Origin: Squalus acanthias
Lineage: Eukaryota
Assembly (NCBI GenBank): GCA_030390025.1
Contig: CM059432.1
Location: 62,374,001 to 62,438,000 of the forward strand
Length of the DNA: 64,000 nucleotides
Reading direction: 5' to 3'
The notes below the pieces were generated by a model. The model worked only from the letters and a program-made list of their open reading frames with translations. It searched no databases and had not been told where the DNA came from. Shown in pieces: positions 1 through 12,791 of the stretch. Position numbers and translations under genes: made by a program. How positions within the stretch are numbered: the first letter of the stretch is position 1; each line of letters starts with the position of its first letter.

Positions 1-558
1 TACAGTCACACAAAGAATGCCCCCCCCCCCCACCCCCACCTCCCCCCTCCATTTTCTCATCTATATGCTTGATACCATCCATAAGCAAGGGTCAGCTTCC
101 ATATGTATGTTGGTGACATCCAGCTGTGCATGTCCTGCACTTCTTGATGCCAGGACCTTCAAACCCCAAATTCAAATCATTACCAAGACACTTGCTTTCA
201 CATCTGCATCATCCACTTCTGCCCCATTGCCGCTGAAGCCTTTATCCATGCTCAACCCCTACACCTTTCCAATTCTCTCTCTACCTTTAAGAACCTTGTC
301 AAAGAACTTCTATCTTTTTTATCCATATTAATAATTTTTATTTCTCGGCCCTCTGTAATGTACCTTGGGACATTTTCTATGTTACAGGTGTTATATAAAT
401 GCAAGTTGATGTTAGACAATGTTGAAAAATCACAAAATTCTGATTCATTAGAAACCTACAAAAACATTTTTGCATATATGAAATGATTTTGTATTTTGCA
501 AGCTGTACAAGTCTTTCAGTAAAAAAGCAGCTGACTTGATAACAGTATTTCTTTTTAC

Positions 559-770
559 CTCTCAACAAACTCTTTGTTCCTATTGCCACTTGCAGATGGT
601 TCAAAGGTATAGTTCTCACTGCTGATCATAAACGGGTACACAATAGCCTGTGGGTAGGAATCTGCAATCTCCTCTATGATGGACTGTACTACATTAGCTT
701 CTTTTTTGTCAAGCACAGCCATCATTTGACTAATCCAACCAATGAACTGCCAGCATGGAATGGAAGACAC
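559..770 (-). CDS. PRKDC: PRKDC exon: [70 protein letters not shown]
   Basis: CATCAG acceptor, GTAAAA donor; 212 nt. Confidence 0.95.
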
Positions 771-1751
771 CTGATGAATGTTCAAGAAGAATTACTGGAA
801 TGTCATCTTTTATTTACAAAATAAGTAAATGCTTCATTTTAATAATTTACTTTCAAATCAGGTTTATAGCAGCACGTTCCATTTGCCAATTCAGGTGACT
901 GGCTCATCAGTTATTTGCTAAAAAGCAAAGCAACTTTATTATAAATAACCTCTGATCAAAACTGCTTCCACTGATATTTGTCTAACATTAAAAATCGGAC
1001 ATTGAAACCCAAGAAATTGCCTCCGATTGTTATAATTCAATGACTCTCTACTCCTGACGACACAATATGAAAGTATCTTTATTCTTTTAAGATTACTTTC
1101 TTTTGCTTTCAGATCAAATTACAAATTTTGGTATTAAAAGTTAAAACCACCTTTATTAATTCCCCCTCAAACACTACCCCATTTATACAATTAAAGTAGT
1201 TAACCTCACAGGGTGAGAAACGGGAAAAAAGGTGTCACGCTGGTGCGGTAGGGGCTGCTTCTTTTTTGGTTGGGCATGAGCAGAGGGGACAGAACTTTAC
1301 TCGGCATTTAACCATACCTGACCTGGGTGTATCTGATACGGATAATGGGTATGCAAAAGAGAAAGTGTTCAATTCTCCGGCATTTAAATCTTCATCTCAA
1401 TAAGCATAAAATAATTGTGGTTAACTGGTAAGGGCTTCAGTCTCTGAATCAGTTTCACTTCAAGTGATGTACTGTTTAATAAAATCCCATGTTTACACTG
1501 TGTAGCTCCCAGCAACTTTCACAGAAACAGAAAGTGAATTGTAAAGAGTTAAATTACAGTTAGAGAGCAACAATTACAGCATTTCTGTTCATGGAAACCC
1601 CATCTCCCTTCTCCCTTCCCCCCCCCCCCCCCCTAAAAATCAGCTTCTATTCTTTGCTACAAACCGTGTGGTGCTATGTTAAAGTAAATCTGTTTCGAGG
1701 GATGCAGCAATTTGAATTCCGAAAGGCTGTGTCACATGCTGCTTTTATATT

Positions 1752-2494
1752 GGGCCGTATTTTCCGATCGGAGGCTTCCCGCGTGCGGAAGCCTCCGATC
1801 TGGAAAAAATCTACGCACTTGCCTGAGGGCTCCCGAGGTGTGTATAGTTCCGATGCTGGGCCTCTCGAACTCCAAGTGTGCAGGGCCCACGTATCCCAGA
1901 GGCGCATGCGGTGCGCAAGCGTCCCTGGGATCACGTGGGCCATGGGGAGCCAATCAAAGAAGGGAATCTCCCTTCATACACTTGACAGATAGACCTGTCA
2001 AATATATGAATGGAGATCACCCCAAAAACACTTCAAAACATTAAATAAATTTTAAAAATCACATTTTTAAAATTAGTTGAAATTACAATAAATTAAATAA
2101 CTTAAACAAAAATTTAATTTTTTGAAAAAAATAATTAAAGTTTTTTACGGGGCTAAAAATAAACTTATCATTTAAAAATACTTAAAAAAAGGTAAGTGAC
2201 TGAAATTTTTTTTAAAAACTTTTTTTCAACTCTTATCCTGGTAAAAGCAGGCCGTACGCCTGCTTTTACCAGGCGTAAGAATTCTAAGGGTTTTCTGCGG
2301 GCGGAGGGTCTCCAGAAAGCGGAACTATCCGCCCGCAGAGGCCCTTCTCTAGGGCAGGCGTCTGATCTGTCAAGAGCATTCTTGACAGATCGGAAATGCC
2401 GGTTTTCAGCGCATGCCTGAAACCGGCATTTCCGATGTCCCTACGGGTGGGTGCACAGCGCGTACACACCCGGAGGGATCGGAATATCTGGGCC
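1752..2494 (+). mobile_element. Non-autonomous TIR element (MITE family A1, PIF/Harbinger-like)
   Basis: Ends GGGCCGTATTTTCCGATC / GATCGGAATATCTGGGCC; ATT duplicated on both sides; homologous to 20937-21670 and 56753-57506; no coding capacity. Confidence 0.85.
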
Positions 2495-4059
2495 ATTGTT
2501 TTTTGGACAGTTGTTCCATAAGGTGGATCTCAAACAGCTGCTGCCAGATCAAAATAAAACTACAGGATCTTTTAGGAAGATACTTTCTTAATGCGGTGTT
2601 TCTGATCGTCCTGCTCTTCCTGAAGTCAGCAACTGTGCTGCTCTGCTGGCAGCAGCGCATTTTGGTGGTGATGTCATGACCCAACATCATGACGACATCA
2701 CGCATGCTGCCATTCAGTCTGCAGACTGGGTCTGACCCTATCTTCACCTGGTGTTCATTGCACATGCACTGCCCAAAATATTATGGCCAATCTTCACATG
2801 CGTGGAATGGTGGGTCCCACAGTGCATTCAGTTTACAGCCAGAACGGCTAAACACTACAAAGATAAATGGGAGAGCGGCACAGTTAGCCAGCTCTCCCAA
2901 GACTCAGTTTGAAATATAAAAGCAACTATAGACTGGCAGGTTTCTGGATGTAACTCTGCAACAAGCTGAGTTTTTCCAATCTCGGCCATAAAGATGCTGG
3001 GAGGTCTTGATCGGAGGTCATGTGCTTTCCCACAAGGAGGGAAGAAGATTGGGGGATGGGGGGGGGGCAGGAGGGTGTGGGAGAAGTGCTAGAGTCACCC
3101 GTAGGTCAGAATTAAAAATTACAGTCTGCTGTGCATTTATTCTGCTGCCATACATTAATGGCATGGCAAGGAAGTAATGAAAAATTGTACCAAGTAAATG
3201 AATTAAAAATTTCCCCCTCCAGTACCGTACCCGAGTGATATTCTTCACATCAGTCTACATTACAACAGTGACTACATTTCAAAAGTAGTGCATTGGCTGT
3301 AAAGCGCTTTGGGGCATACTGAGGTTGTGAAAGGCGCTAAATAAATGCAAGTTCTTTCTTTAGACAATGAATAATGGCAATCTATTCAATCACTGGGTTG
3401 CTTCACACCCGGGTCTGACCCTGTCTTCACCTGGTGTTCACACAATTTATGCTGTTCAGTGGGGCAGGAGTGAGAAAAAGCCAGCACATAGTAAAAAGCA
3501 GTGGGAGCCCCTGGATGTTTTTCCCTTTCCTAATCCAGGGGCACTGGAGCTATCATTTATTTAGTGTTTTTGTTACAGGGTGTCTGGTGAGACAGAATAT
3601 TGGCACTCCAGCACACTCAACTGGTATCCTCCGACTCCAGGTCACAAAATGAACTGCATCTTATCTGTGCCACTGGAGAACATCTGGGAAATAGGAGGGC
3701 AGCTTAGTCCTGCAATGCTTCTGACAAGTCAGCAAAAGGTTGTCCTCCCAAAGCACTCTGGCTGCTCTCGACTGGGAAGGGTGTGTGACATGGAAAAAGG
3801 AAGAGGAGGAGCCATGAACTAGCAAGCTAATTATTCCATATCCTTTGATGATGATTTCATTAAATTAATGGCAAACAATCAGCTCCATGTACACTACCAT
3901 CTATAAAATAAACCACAGTAATATTTGGGGCCCAGGGTCACTCCTTCAGCCCCATGAAAAAAACCAGACTATAATACCAAGTAAAAATGTTCATAAAGCC
4001 TGCAAAATCCAGATGTTAAGCCTTAATGTAAACCAGCAGTCAGCTGACCTAGTACGTAC

Positions 4060-4220
4060 CTCTCTTGTCATGAGATCCTGTGTCTCAGCTGGATATAATT
4101 CCACAATCTGTAACAATCTAGGGAATCTCAGTCTGGCTTCTCTTGAATTATACTTCAGTGCTTTTAACATATTCTCCACTACACACGCTGGGAACGTCTG
4201 CAGCTCAGGGAAATTCATAA
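4060..4220 (-). CDS. PRKDC: PRKDC exon: [53 protein letters not shown]
   Basis: CTTACAG acceptor, GTACGT donor; 161 nt. Confidence 0.95.
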
Positions 4221-4747
4221 CTGTAAGAAACATAAATTAATTTATTTAAAATCAATCATGAAAGAACAGAAAGTGCATGGTGCACTAACAATGTATTTGT
4301 GATCAACATTACTGTGAAGGTGTGAAAGCTGGAATAAACAGTAAAGGATAAATGCATTGTTCCAACGTAAAAGCAGGGTTCCTCACTAATTTTTGGGTGA
4401 GGGCCACTCTCCTAAAGCCGAGAAGTTAGGGTTCCCATCTGGAAAATGCAAATGGCTTTCAGGTCAAAAGATTGGCTGGGCTCAAGGCCACATCCTTATG
4501 ACGAGGACAAGTCATACCACCCTGCTTTTGTTGATACAACGGTCTCGCAGAAAATCCAGGTAAATATCTTCAGGAAAGGTGGGGAGAGGAAAAGAAAACT
4601 GGTGAAATAAAAGAGGGGGGAAAAAAATGAAAAGCAGAGGAGAAAATGGAAATATTTTTATTTCTTTCAAAAACGGCAGGCAAAAGGGCAAAGGAAATTT
4701 GTGGCACAACTAGTCCCAGTCACCATGGTACCATACGGTGGCATAGT

Positions 4748-5050
4748 GGGGGCAACACGGTGGCATAGTGGTTAGCACTGGTGCTTCACAGCGCCAGGGA
4801 CCCGGGTTCAAATCTGACCTCAGGTAACTGTCTGTGTGGAGTTTGCACATTCTCCCCGTGTCTGCGTGGGTTTCCTCCGGGTGCTCCGGTTTCCTCCCAC
4901 AGTCCAAAAATGTGCGGGTTAGGTTGATTTGGCTATGATAAAATTGACCCTTAGTGTTAGGGGTTGATTAAATATGTGGGGTTATGGGGATAGGATGGGA
5001 TATGTTAGGGGGAATTAAATACGTGGGGTTACGGGGATAGGGTGGGATAG
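4748..5050 (+). mobile_element. tRNA-derived SINE, HE1/V-SINE-like, followed by a CR1 3' tail fragment to ~5190
   Basis: GGTGGCATAGTGGTTAGC A-box, GGGTTCAAATC B-box, TGTGTGGAGTTTGCACATTCTCCCCGTG V-domain-like core. Confidence 0.8.
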
Positions 5051-5307
5051 GTGCAGGCTCGATGTGGGGATTCTGTGTGAGAAAGCAGGGACAGGGTACT
5101 GGATTTGGATGATCAGCCATGATCGTATTGAATGGTGGAGCAGGCTCGACGGGCCGAATGGCCTACTCCTGCTCCTAGTTTCTATGTTTCTATATATAGA
5201 GAGAGAAGGGCCATGCTTCACTAGCTACACATTGCATAAATACACAATACATGCCTATATATAGAGCAGAAGGACGCAAGTTATTACAAATTTGCTTGCA
5301 GTCTTAC

Positions 5308-5488
5308 TGTTTTCACTTTCTTCTTCCTCACGCAGACATTTGTCACAGAAATTTGCCAAATTCATGTAGGCCTCAATCACTCCCACTGTCTCAACATGTT
5401 CTTCAGAAAGAGATTGCACCTCTTCTTCAGCCTTTTTAACAGCACTTTGCAGATATTCATGAGCCTTTCTGTATAATCCAATCGCAAC
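5308..5488 (-). CDS. PRKDC: PRKDC exon: VAIGLYRKAHEYLQSAVKKAEEEVQSLSEEHVETVGVIEAYMNLANFCDKCLREEEESEN
   Basis: TTGCTCAG acceptor, GTAAGA donor; 181 nt. Confidence 0.93.
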
Positions 5489-5579
5489 CTGAGCAACAAC
5501 AACAAAAAGAACTCACGAACAGGTTCAGTTACTAACTGCATTTGTGCATCCTTTGGTACAGTTAGGATTTTTTTCCTAC

Positions 5580-5770
5580 CTGCGCTATATCGTCACCGGT
5601 AGCTCCAGAAAGTTTTATAACATCTCTTGCTCGATCCTCCTCAATATGCTGAAGAGCTGATGGGTCTTTATTCAGAGCATTAGCCATAATGTAGTAGGTT
5701 GTACCAAGCAATGTGTTCTGGTCTCTGAGAGCATGTCTATGTGTATTTAGATAATCCACCTCGGTTTCAA
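5580..5770 (-). CDS. PRKDC: PRKDC exon: ETEVDYLNTHRHALRDQNTLLGTTYYIMANALNKDPSALQHIEEDRARDVIKLSGATGDDIAQ
   Basis: CTTACAG acceptor, GTAGGA donor; 191 nt; followed by a 91-bp intron. Confidence 0.93.
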
Positions 5771-6515
5771 CTGTAAGATAAGATGTCTGTTCAAGACAGC
5801 AGCATTTAAATGATGTCTTCATTAACTTAATATTTTTTCTGAAGTGGCTTGGGTGCCTCGTGTGTCAGTTATTCAATATGCCGCAGACTTTTAGTAATAG
5901 GGTGTAAGTTCATACCTATGATTCCACAAACTGATAAAAATATTCATTTTAATCCTTTGAAGACTGCTCTATTTTTCTTACAACCCTGCCTTTTAAAAAA
6001 AAAAGTAATGATTAAAAATAATTTCCCTATTTGTATTTTTCTCTTTCATTTTTCATCATGTGGCCTTTCCTAAGCTGACCAAGCCGGTTGGTTCTCAGGC
6101 CTCTGCTGCTCTTGATTCAGCTGGTGAGCAGAAGCCACATAATATGGGATAATCCATCTTTCTGAACGCCTTCTTTGCTTGTGGAGAAATGGTTTGTTGT
6201 TTCCATCTGATGGCACAGCTGCAGTCAGGATCCCGCCCCCTGTGAAAGGTGTATCGCCCTGCATCTGACTCTCTCTGGTACATGTTGAAGCTATGCCAGA
6301 AGCATGTTCTTTATTTTAAAAATTCTAATTCACAATATTTGCCATTACACAAATTTATGCAAGTCTTCTAAAAGAGAAAACATTTTAAAAAGTCAGCGGC
6401 ATTAAAAAGGTTAAAAACACGCTCAACAGGAAAGCTGTCAGAAAGCTTTCCTTTTGATTTAAAGAATCAACATTTTCGGTTGCTATGGCAATGTTAGAAA
6501 TCTGTCAGCCATTAC

Positions 6516-6690
6516 CCAGCAAGGGGATGGTCTTCATCACAGTTACAATCTGGTCGTCTCTCTCCAGACTCCGACTGCGCTTATGGCTGAATCGGCTGTA
6601 ACTATGTATCCATCTCACTCTCCAGTCATCTCGAGCCTTGGACTCTTTGTGAAGTTCTTTCAGCAGCTTTGTCGACACTGAAAAGTTGTT
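6516..6690 (-). CDS. PRKDC: PRKDC exon: [58 protein letters not shown]
   Basis: TTTCAG acceptor, GTAATG donor; 175 nt. Confidence 0.94.
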
Positions 6691-7407
6691 CTGAAATAAG
6701 GAAAACAACTGACTTTCTGAAAAAGTTACAACACTCTGAAAATTAAGTATTCGTATTATGATAATGAACAAAAAAAGAACATGAAGAATTAATTATTTTG
6801 TAGCTGAAGACGTAGGTTTAACACTTTGGCAATTTACGAGTTTGTCACAGTTGTAATTTATTTTAAATTTAATTGGATAACATATTGTATTTCAGCCATA
6901 AAAATGAAAAAGTACTTACAGCGTTGTAATTTAGCAACATGTAATCTTTCACAATAAATACAAAAATGCTATAACTAGGACTTCTGTTTTTTTTTGCCAA
7001 TTTTCTCCACTCCCGATAAGTTGGTTTCCTTGACGTAATATTCCCATAGGTGCCCTCTGGTACCTTGCCCAAGTGACCATTACTCATGTAAAACCTTCAA
7101 CAGTGAGTGCTGGCTGCTTATTTGACTATGAGGAACATTACCTGACATCCACAAGCATCCACTTGCAGCAGGGAACAATGGTTAGCAATCGGAAGCTGGA
7201 ATCCTGGCTACAGACTCATCCTATGTTCATGACCTGTTTTAGTTAATGTCTGTATCAAGACTAAATACTGTGATTAAACAAGTGGAACTGGCACTTCAAT
7301 GTCCCCCTCAATATCAAAATGTCTCTTCACTAGTAATTAACATAGACCACAGATTTTTATGCTTACTGCATTTGAACAACAAATACCAGTATCATTCTGT
7401 TGCATAC

Positions 7408-7594
7408 CTGTTTCCTTGCACTTTCTAACATTTTTAACTTCATATTAAATTTACAGCTTCTTATGACCATGTTGACATCTTCCTCTTCTCTGTCCACATC
7501 CATTTTAGTATCAGCTCCTTCATCATCCACTTCCATACTATCATTGGCCTGAACATGTGACAATCGCTCCTTAATCTTGTCGAGGAAAAAACAG
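7408..7594 (-). CDS. PRKDC: PRKDC exon: CFFLDKIKERLSHVQANDSMEVDDEGADTKMDVDREEEDVNMVIRSCKFNMKLKMLESARKQ
   Basis: ATCGTAG acceptor, GTATGC donor; 187 nt. Confidence 0.94.
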
Positions 7595-8208
7595 CTACGA
7601 TATGGAAGAAAAAAAATCATGAAGTACTTACACCAAAGAACTTGTAATAAAAGACAATTTTATCAACTGTGGCATTGCTCATGGACTAAAAACAAAAACT
7701 GAAGTCAGGGGTGGCTGGTACCACACATGGCAGGGTCAGGAACGCCAGATTAGGTCAATGTTGGGTGAGAGATGGTACAGGGGTGGGGTTTAGTTGGGAT
7801 CAGGTCGTGCAAGGCAGACAGGCCTGGTCAGACAGCAGGCTACGACCTTGATAAGCAGCTTCGTTTGGAGATGAGGATAAAAAAGAGGCCGAGTAAATCG
7901 GGAACTAGCTGCACATAATTAAACAATATTAAAAACACTTGGAAGAATACTAAATATATATATATTTTTTTTTAAAAGGCGGCTAATAAAAAATGTACAT
8001 CTTACATGATCTTGTGGGAATCTGATTGGTCCATGATGTCATGTGAAGAGCATGGACCAAACAGCAAAGTTACAAGCTTGCTGCAGACACAAAACTTTTA
8101 ATTAGGCAGATAAATAGATTCACTATTGGCAAACTATGTTAAATGAAACTAAGGATTTTTGTTAGCACTTTTCTTATATAAAGTATATATGTGACTTTGT
8201 CACACAAT

Positions 8209-8952
8209 GGCCCGAAAATTAGACCTAATACGTGAGAGTACGCACTGTGTACTCTCGCGTTTTAGGTCTCCAATTGCCGGTTTCCAGCATGCACTGCGCA
8301 TGCACGGGAAACCGGCACTTCGTGAATTCAAAAGGGGGCGGTTCCTAAGTGAACTGCGTGCGCGCTACAGGCTGCGCGCACGCAGTGCACTTAGTGCTTT
8401 GAACGCGCAGGTAAGCATGGAAGATTTTACACATAAAGAAAGGAGGCGTAAGACCCTCTTTTAACAAGGTAAGTAGTTAATTAAGTATTATTTTAAAAAA
8501 TTTTCAACAGGTTTATCTTTTTTAGAGACTTTAAAGAAAGGTAAGCTTATTTTTATAACTTTTAAAAAGATTTTAAATTTTTTCAAAAATTTAATTTTTT
8601 GTTTAAAGTGGTTAATTTATTTAACTATACTTATTTTATTAATGTGATGGCTTTTTTTAAAATTTAATTGAGGTTTAGCTGTTCTTTTGGGGGGGTATAG
8701 AATTCATAGCTTTGACAGCCCTTGCTGTCAAAACTATGAATGAAAGATGGTGTGCTGCCATTGGCTCTAACTGAATCACGTGATCCCAGAGCTTGCACGA
8801 ACTAATTGCGTCTCTGGGTCACGCAAGCACTGCACAGCTGCAGCCTTGAAACTAAAGTTCGTGTGGGCCCGGAGGAAAAATGTAGGCGTGGAGTGAGATA
8901 TCGCAGGGAAGCCTTACCCCCGCGTGAACAGTTAGTGTTTAATTTCTGGGCC
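8209..8952 (-). mobile_element. MITE family A2 (PIF/Harbinger-like)
   Basis: TIRs GGCCCGAAAATT / AATTTCTGGGCC; flanks AAT/ATT; reverse-complement homolog of 10857-11610. Confidence 0.85.
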
Positions 8953-9119
8953 ATTATGTATTAGGTGCACATGCTGTATAAATAGTACATCATAGCAGCA
9001 TCTAAGGAGTGTCTTCTGTATATTAATGCTTTTTGGAATTACATACTTTAAAGAAATTATGATAGACAAGTATAACAACATACACGACCATTTTCTTAAA
9101 ACTACAACTTAATGAGTCA

Positions 9120-9420
9120 ATTTAGCCAGTGAGTAGCTGAGCCGTACCAACCAAGTCCCAGGTTTGATCCCTGCTTTAGATGCCAAGTTAGTAGATTTCA
9201 ACTAGGGTTGAATAGGGACACTACAATTGGCCTCAGTTCCCTTGGGTTAGGGAATGGAAAATTAGCCATGGTTCCTGCTCCTGATATTATCCAGCAACCC
9301 TTGATGGAAGTTTGCACATATCGATATAAATAATGGCCAGTTAAGCGAGATACAGAAGTGTGGTTGCTTTCCATGGAACCATACACTAGCATGTAGTAAA
9401 TGTCTTCAAGGATAAGAAAA
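9120..9420 (+). mobile_element. LF-SINE-like ancient SINE (degraded)
   Basis: GTCCCAGGTTTGATCCCTG...CTACAATTGGCCTCAGTTCCCTTGGGTTAGGG...TTAGCCATGGTTCCTGCTCCTGAT resembles the LF-SINE consensus as I recall it. Confidence 0.6.
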
Positions 9421-9868
9421 CTTAATAAGCAAATATTTCAACGGATTTTTTCATGCAGACACATTTCATTGGTATGACAACTACAGTACATAATTACACG
9501 TTGGTTAATTATGCATTGATTTGAATCTGGAGACTATTAATAGTCTTTGTTATTCTCAACGTTAAAGTTTTGTGGTCCATTCGACTAAGGTCTTTAGGTT
9601 ACCATGGAAAAGTTTTAAAATATATTCCCTTCCAGCAACAGGAGGGATCGACTAAACTACTGAAGAGGAAATTGAAACAATTACTGACAGAGAGATGAGA
9701 GATATGGAATTCAGTTGGAAAATGGTTTTTTAAAAGTCAGACTGGGATCTAAAAGAGGATCCCAACGCTGCAGCGAATTAGATAGGCTGAATAGTCTTGT
9801 CCTGCTTCCGCATTCTTGCGTATATACAAGTTTCAACTATAGTACAGACTAAAGATTTTGGAGTCATT

Positions 9869-10687
9869 GGGCTGGGTTTTGTGAATGGAGGCAAGTTGGA
9901 GGCGGGACTGCTGCTTGTCGTGTCAATGTCCTGCCTCCATCCTCGCCTGACCAATCAGAGGGATTTTCCCCTGATTGAGCTTGTTAAGCCCGCCCTGTGG
10001 GCTCAGCAGGCCAATTAGGGAGGAAGTCACTGACAGACCACATCAACGACAGACTTGCTATCTGTCAAGACTTCTTGAAAGAAGAAATGACAGCATTTGA
10101 CAGCTCTGTGAAGCTATCAAGCACTGACATTCTCTTTAGTTTGATGATTCTTTGTGGTGAGGACTCCTCAAACCTTTCAACTTTGTAAATTTCACATGTC
10201 TGTAGGATCCAACAGCCATTATGTGAAATTGACAAGGAGAATGTCGGCTCTCCCCATCCAGCGCGGCTAAAGGCTGTAGAAAGAAAACAAGGTAAGTGCA
10301 CACTTTTTTAAACTTATCACTCACCTTACATACTTACCACTCCACACTTGCACCCATCACTCACCTCTACACCTTATTTCCAGGTGCCTCCGACCACCGC
10401 AGACCTCCTCCTCCAACCCGACGGGGTCCTCAGAGGTCGGGAAGCCTTCACCGGTGAAGGTAAAATGGCACTAATCCTTTTTTCTGCCTGTTAACTACCT
10501 GTTAACAGGCAGTTAAAAGGATTAAATGCCTTTCCCGCCTCCAGGAGACAGGACCCAAAGCTGCACATCCTCCCGCCTCCTGGCAAAAGGGCACGGAGGT
10601 GGGTTTGCCATCCGCCCCCACTTTCTCCGATTTTACCGGCTGTCCCGGATTCATGCGCGCCTCCTCGGGGCTTGGAAAATCCAGCCC
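9869..10687 (+). mobile_element. MITE family B (PIF/Harbinger-like)
   Basis: TIRs GGGCTGGGTTTT / AAAATCCAGCCC; flanks ATT/ATA; homologous in reverse to 39665-40494. Confidence 0.8.
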
Positions 10688-10856
10688 ATAGTCTTATTGA
10701 GGGTGACTCATACTGGTGCATGGCTCCATAGTCACAGTCATTCCCACAGTACCTCAATCCAAGTGCCTATTCTTCATGTGTAAACTTATGCAGCAACAGT
10801 AGTATTTTTGACCACTGGGTATATTACAGCCAACTCCAATCCGATTTTCACCTAAT

Positions 10857-11610
10857 GGCCCAGAAATTGGAGTTCGATGGTTGCCGCGGGGGTAAGGATC
10901 CCCCGCGATATCGCACTCCGCGCCTACCTTTATGGTTTTGGCCCACACGAACTTCAGTTCCTGGGCCTCTCTCTGGTGCCGGCGCGCAGTGTGTGCGTGT
11001 CCCAGAGGCGCAGTTAGTTCGATGCTACCTCTGGGATCACGTGAGCCAGTTAGAGCCAATGGCAGCACACCATCTTTCATTCATAGTTTTGACAGCAAGA
11101 GCTGTCAAAACTATGAATACAACAAGCCCCCAAAAGAACAGCAAAACCTCAATTAAATTAAAAAAAAAGCCATCACATTAATAAAATAACTATAGTTAAA
11201 TAAATTAACCACTTTAAACAAAAATTTAAATTTTTGAAAAAATTTAAATTCTTTTTAAAAGTTATAAAAATAAACTTACCTTTCTTTAAAGTCTCTAAAA
11301 AAGATAAACCTGTTGAAAATTTTTTAAAATAATACTTAATTAACTACTTACCTTGTTAAAAGGGGGTCCTACGCCTGCTTTCTTTATGTGTAAAATCTTC
11401 AACACTTACCTGCGCGTTCAAACCTGAAAAAAAAACTCAGTGCACTGTGTGCGCACAACCTGTAGCGCGCACGCGGTTCACTTAGGAACCGCCCCCTTCG
11501 CAATACCCGAAGTGCCGGTTTCCCGTGCATGCAGGAAACCGGCACTTCGGGACCTAATACACGAGAGTACACAGTGCGTAATCTCCCGTATTAGGTCAAA
11601 TTTTCGGGCC
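10857..11610 (+). mobile_element. MITE family A2 (PIF/Harbinger-like)
   Basis: TIRs GGCCCAGAAATT / AATTTTCGGGCC; perfect AAT TSD. Confidence 0.87.
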
Positions 11611-12388
11611 AATGTCTACACGCACACACAAGTTTTCAGGAGTCACCGTATAGCAACCAGGATCACAGAATAGATTTGGATGAAGATGATCATTCGGTTC
11701 ATCCCAACTCTTCGGTCTCGGAAAAAAAACGAACTTCCCCTATCACACCATTTGGCTGTGCCTTAAATTATGGACAATGTATCTATATAAATACAAGTTG
11801 TTGTATCATCTGATCAGAGCATTATTTTGGCTATATAATTCAACACTCTACTTGTTGTTGATTACAGCTCTGTGATGACTGGACTTGTCAAGTCTACTAA
11901 ACCCCCTTTTTTAACCATCCTCAGCTATTTCAACACCATTCTTGAAGTACTCATTATACCAATTTTTTCTTCCAATGTGTAATTCTTTGCACTTGGCCAT
12001 ATTAAATTTAATCTGCAATTATTATGTCCAATTGTGTATTTTTTCTAAGTCATTCTGTAGGTCTCTGGTTAGGTTTTCCTTTACCTAGTTCAGGGCTGCT
12101 AAAGCCATTTGGGCCTTTGACACTACACTGTTTAGATCAACTTACCTGATAACATACTGATCAAACTCTTTGGCTCAATGCTGCACTGAGCAGTGTATTT
12201 AAGCGTTGAGCCACTGGACTGCTGTGCATTTTAATTATATTAAAGATGAATGTGTCTAAGTATATTTGTGTTTCTCCTGAATGTATTCTTGGGAATATTT
12301 TAGCACAGTTCAGGATCTATGATGTTAAATGGTTTAGCTACTAGCTTCATACAAACAAAATGTTGCTTTCCTATTCTGTGGATCCTAA

Positions 12389-12759
12389 GGGGTAAAAATT
12401 CAGTTGGTTGCGCCTCCCGTTAGCGCCTTAAGAGGGCGCTAATGGGGCGCAAAGCTGCTAACGCCCGGGCGCAGCGATGTTTGCGCCGCTCGGGAACTTA
12501 ACTAGACATTGTGCGGCGGCGCTAAACTTTACCGCTGCGACCACCTGCGCGCGCAGATTGTGACGTCATTCCATGGTGCAACGCCCTTGTGGCGCCCCGG
12601 AGCGGAAATTGAGTGGCGCCCCCTGCCTTACCGCCTGGCGCATCCAACGACCGGAAGACTGGAACGCTATCAATCGCTGTGGGGCTGGGGGGGGGCGCTA
12701 TTTAAAGGGGGCCTCTTCCTGTCTTTTTCTGTGGTTGACATTTTTGCACCACTCGTTCT

Positions 12760-12791
<32 letters not shown>

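Noticed and set aside
11570..11610. CACAGTG heptamer in MITE A2 (possible RAG recombination signal)
   Set aside because: No ACAAAAACC-like nonamer at 12 or 23 bp spacing; it is part of a hairpin loop and reads CACAGC in A1 copies.
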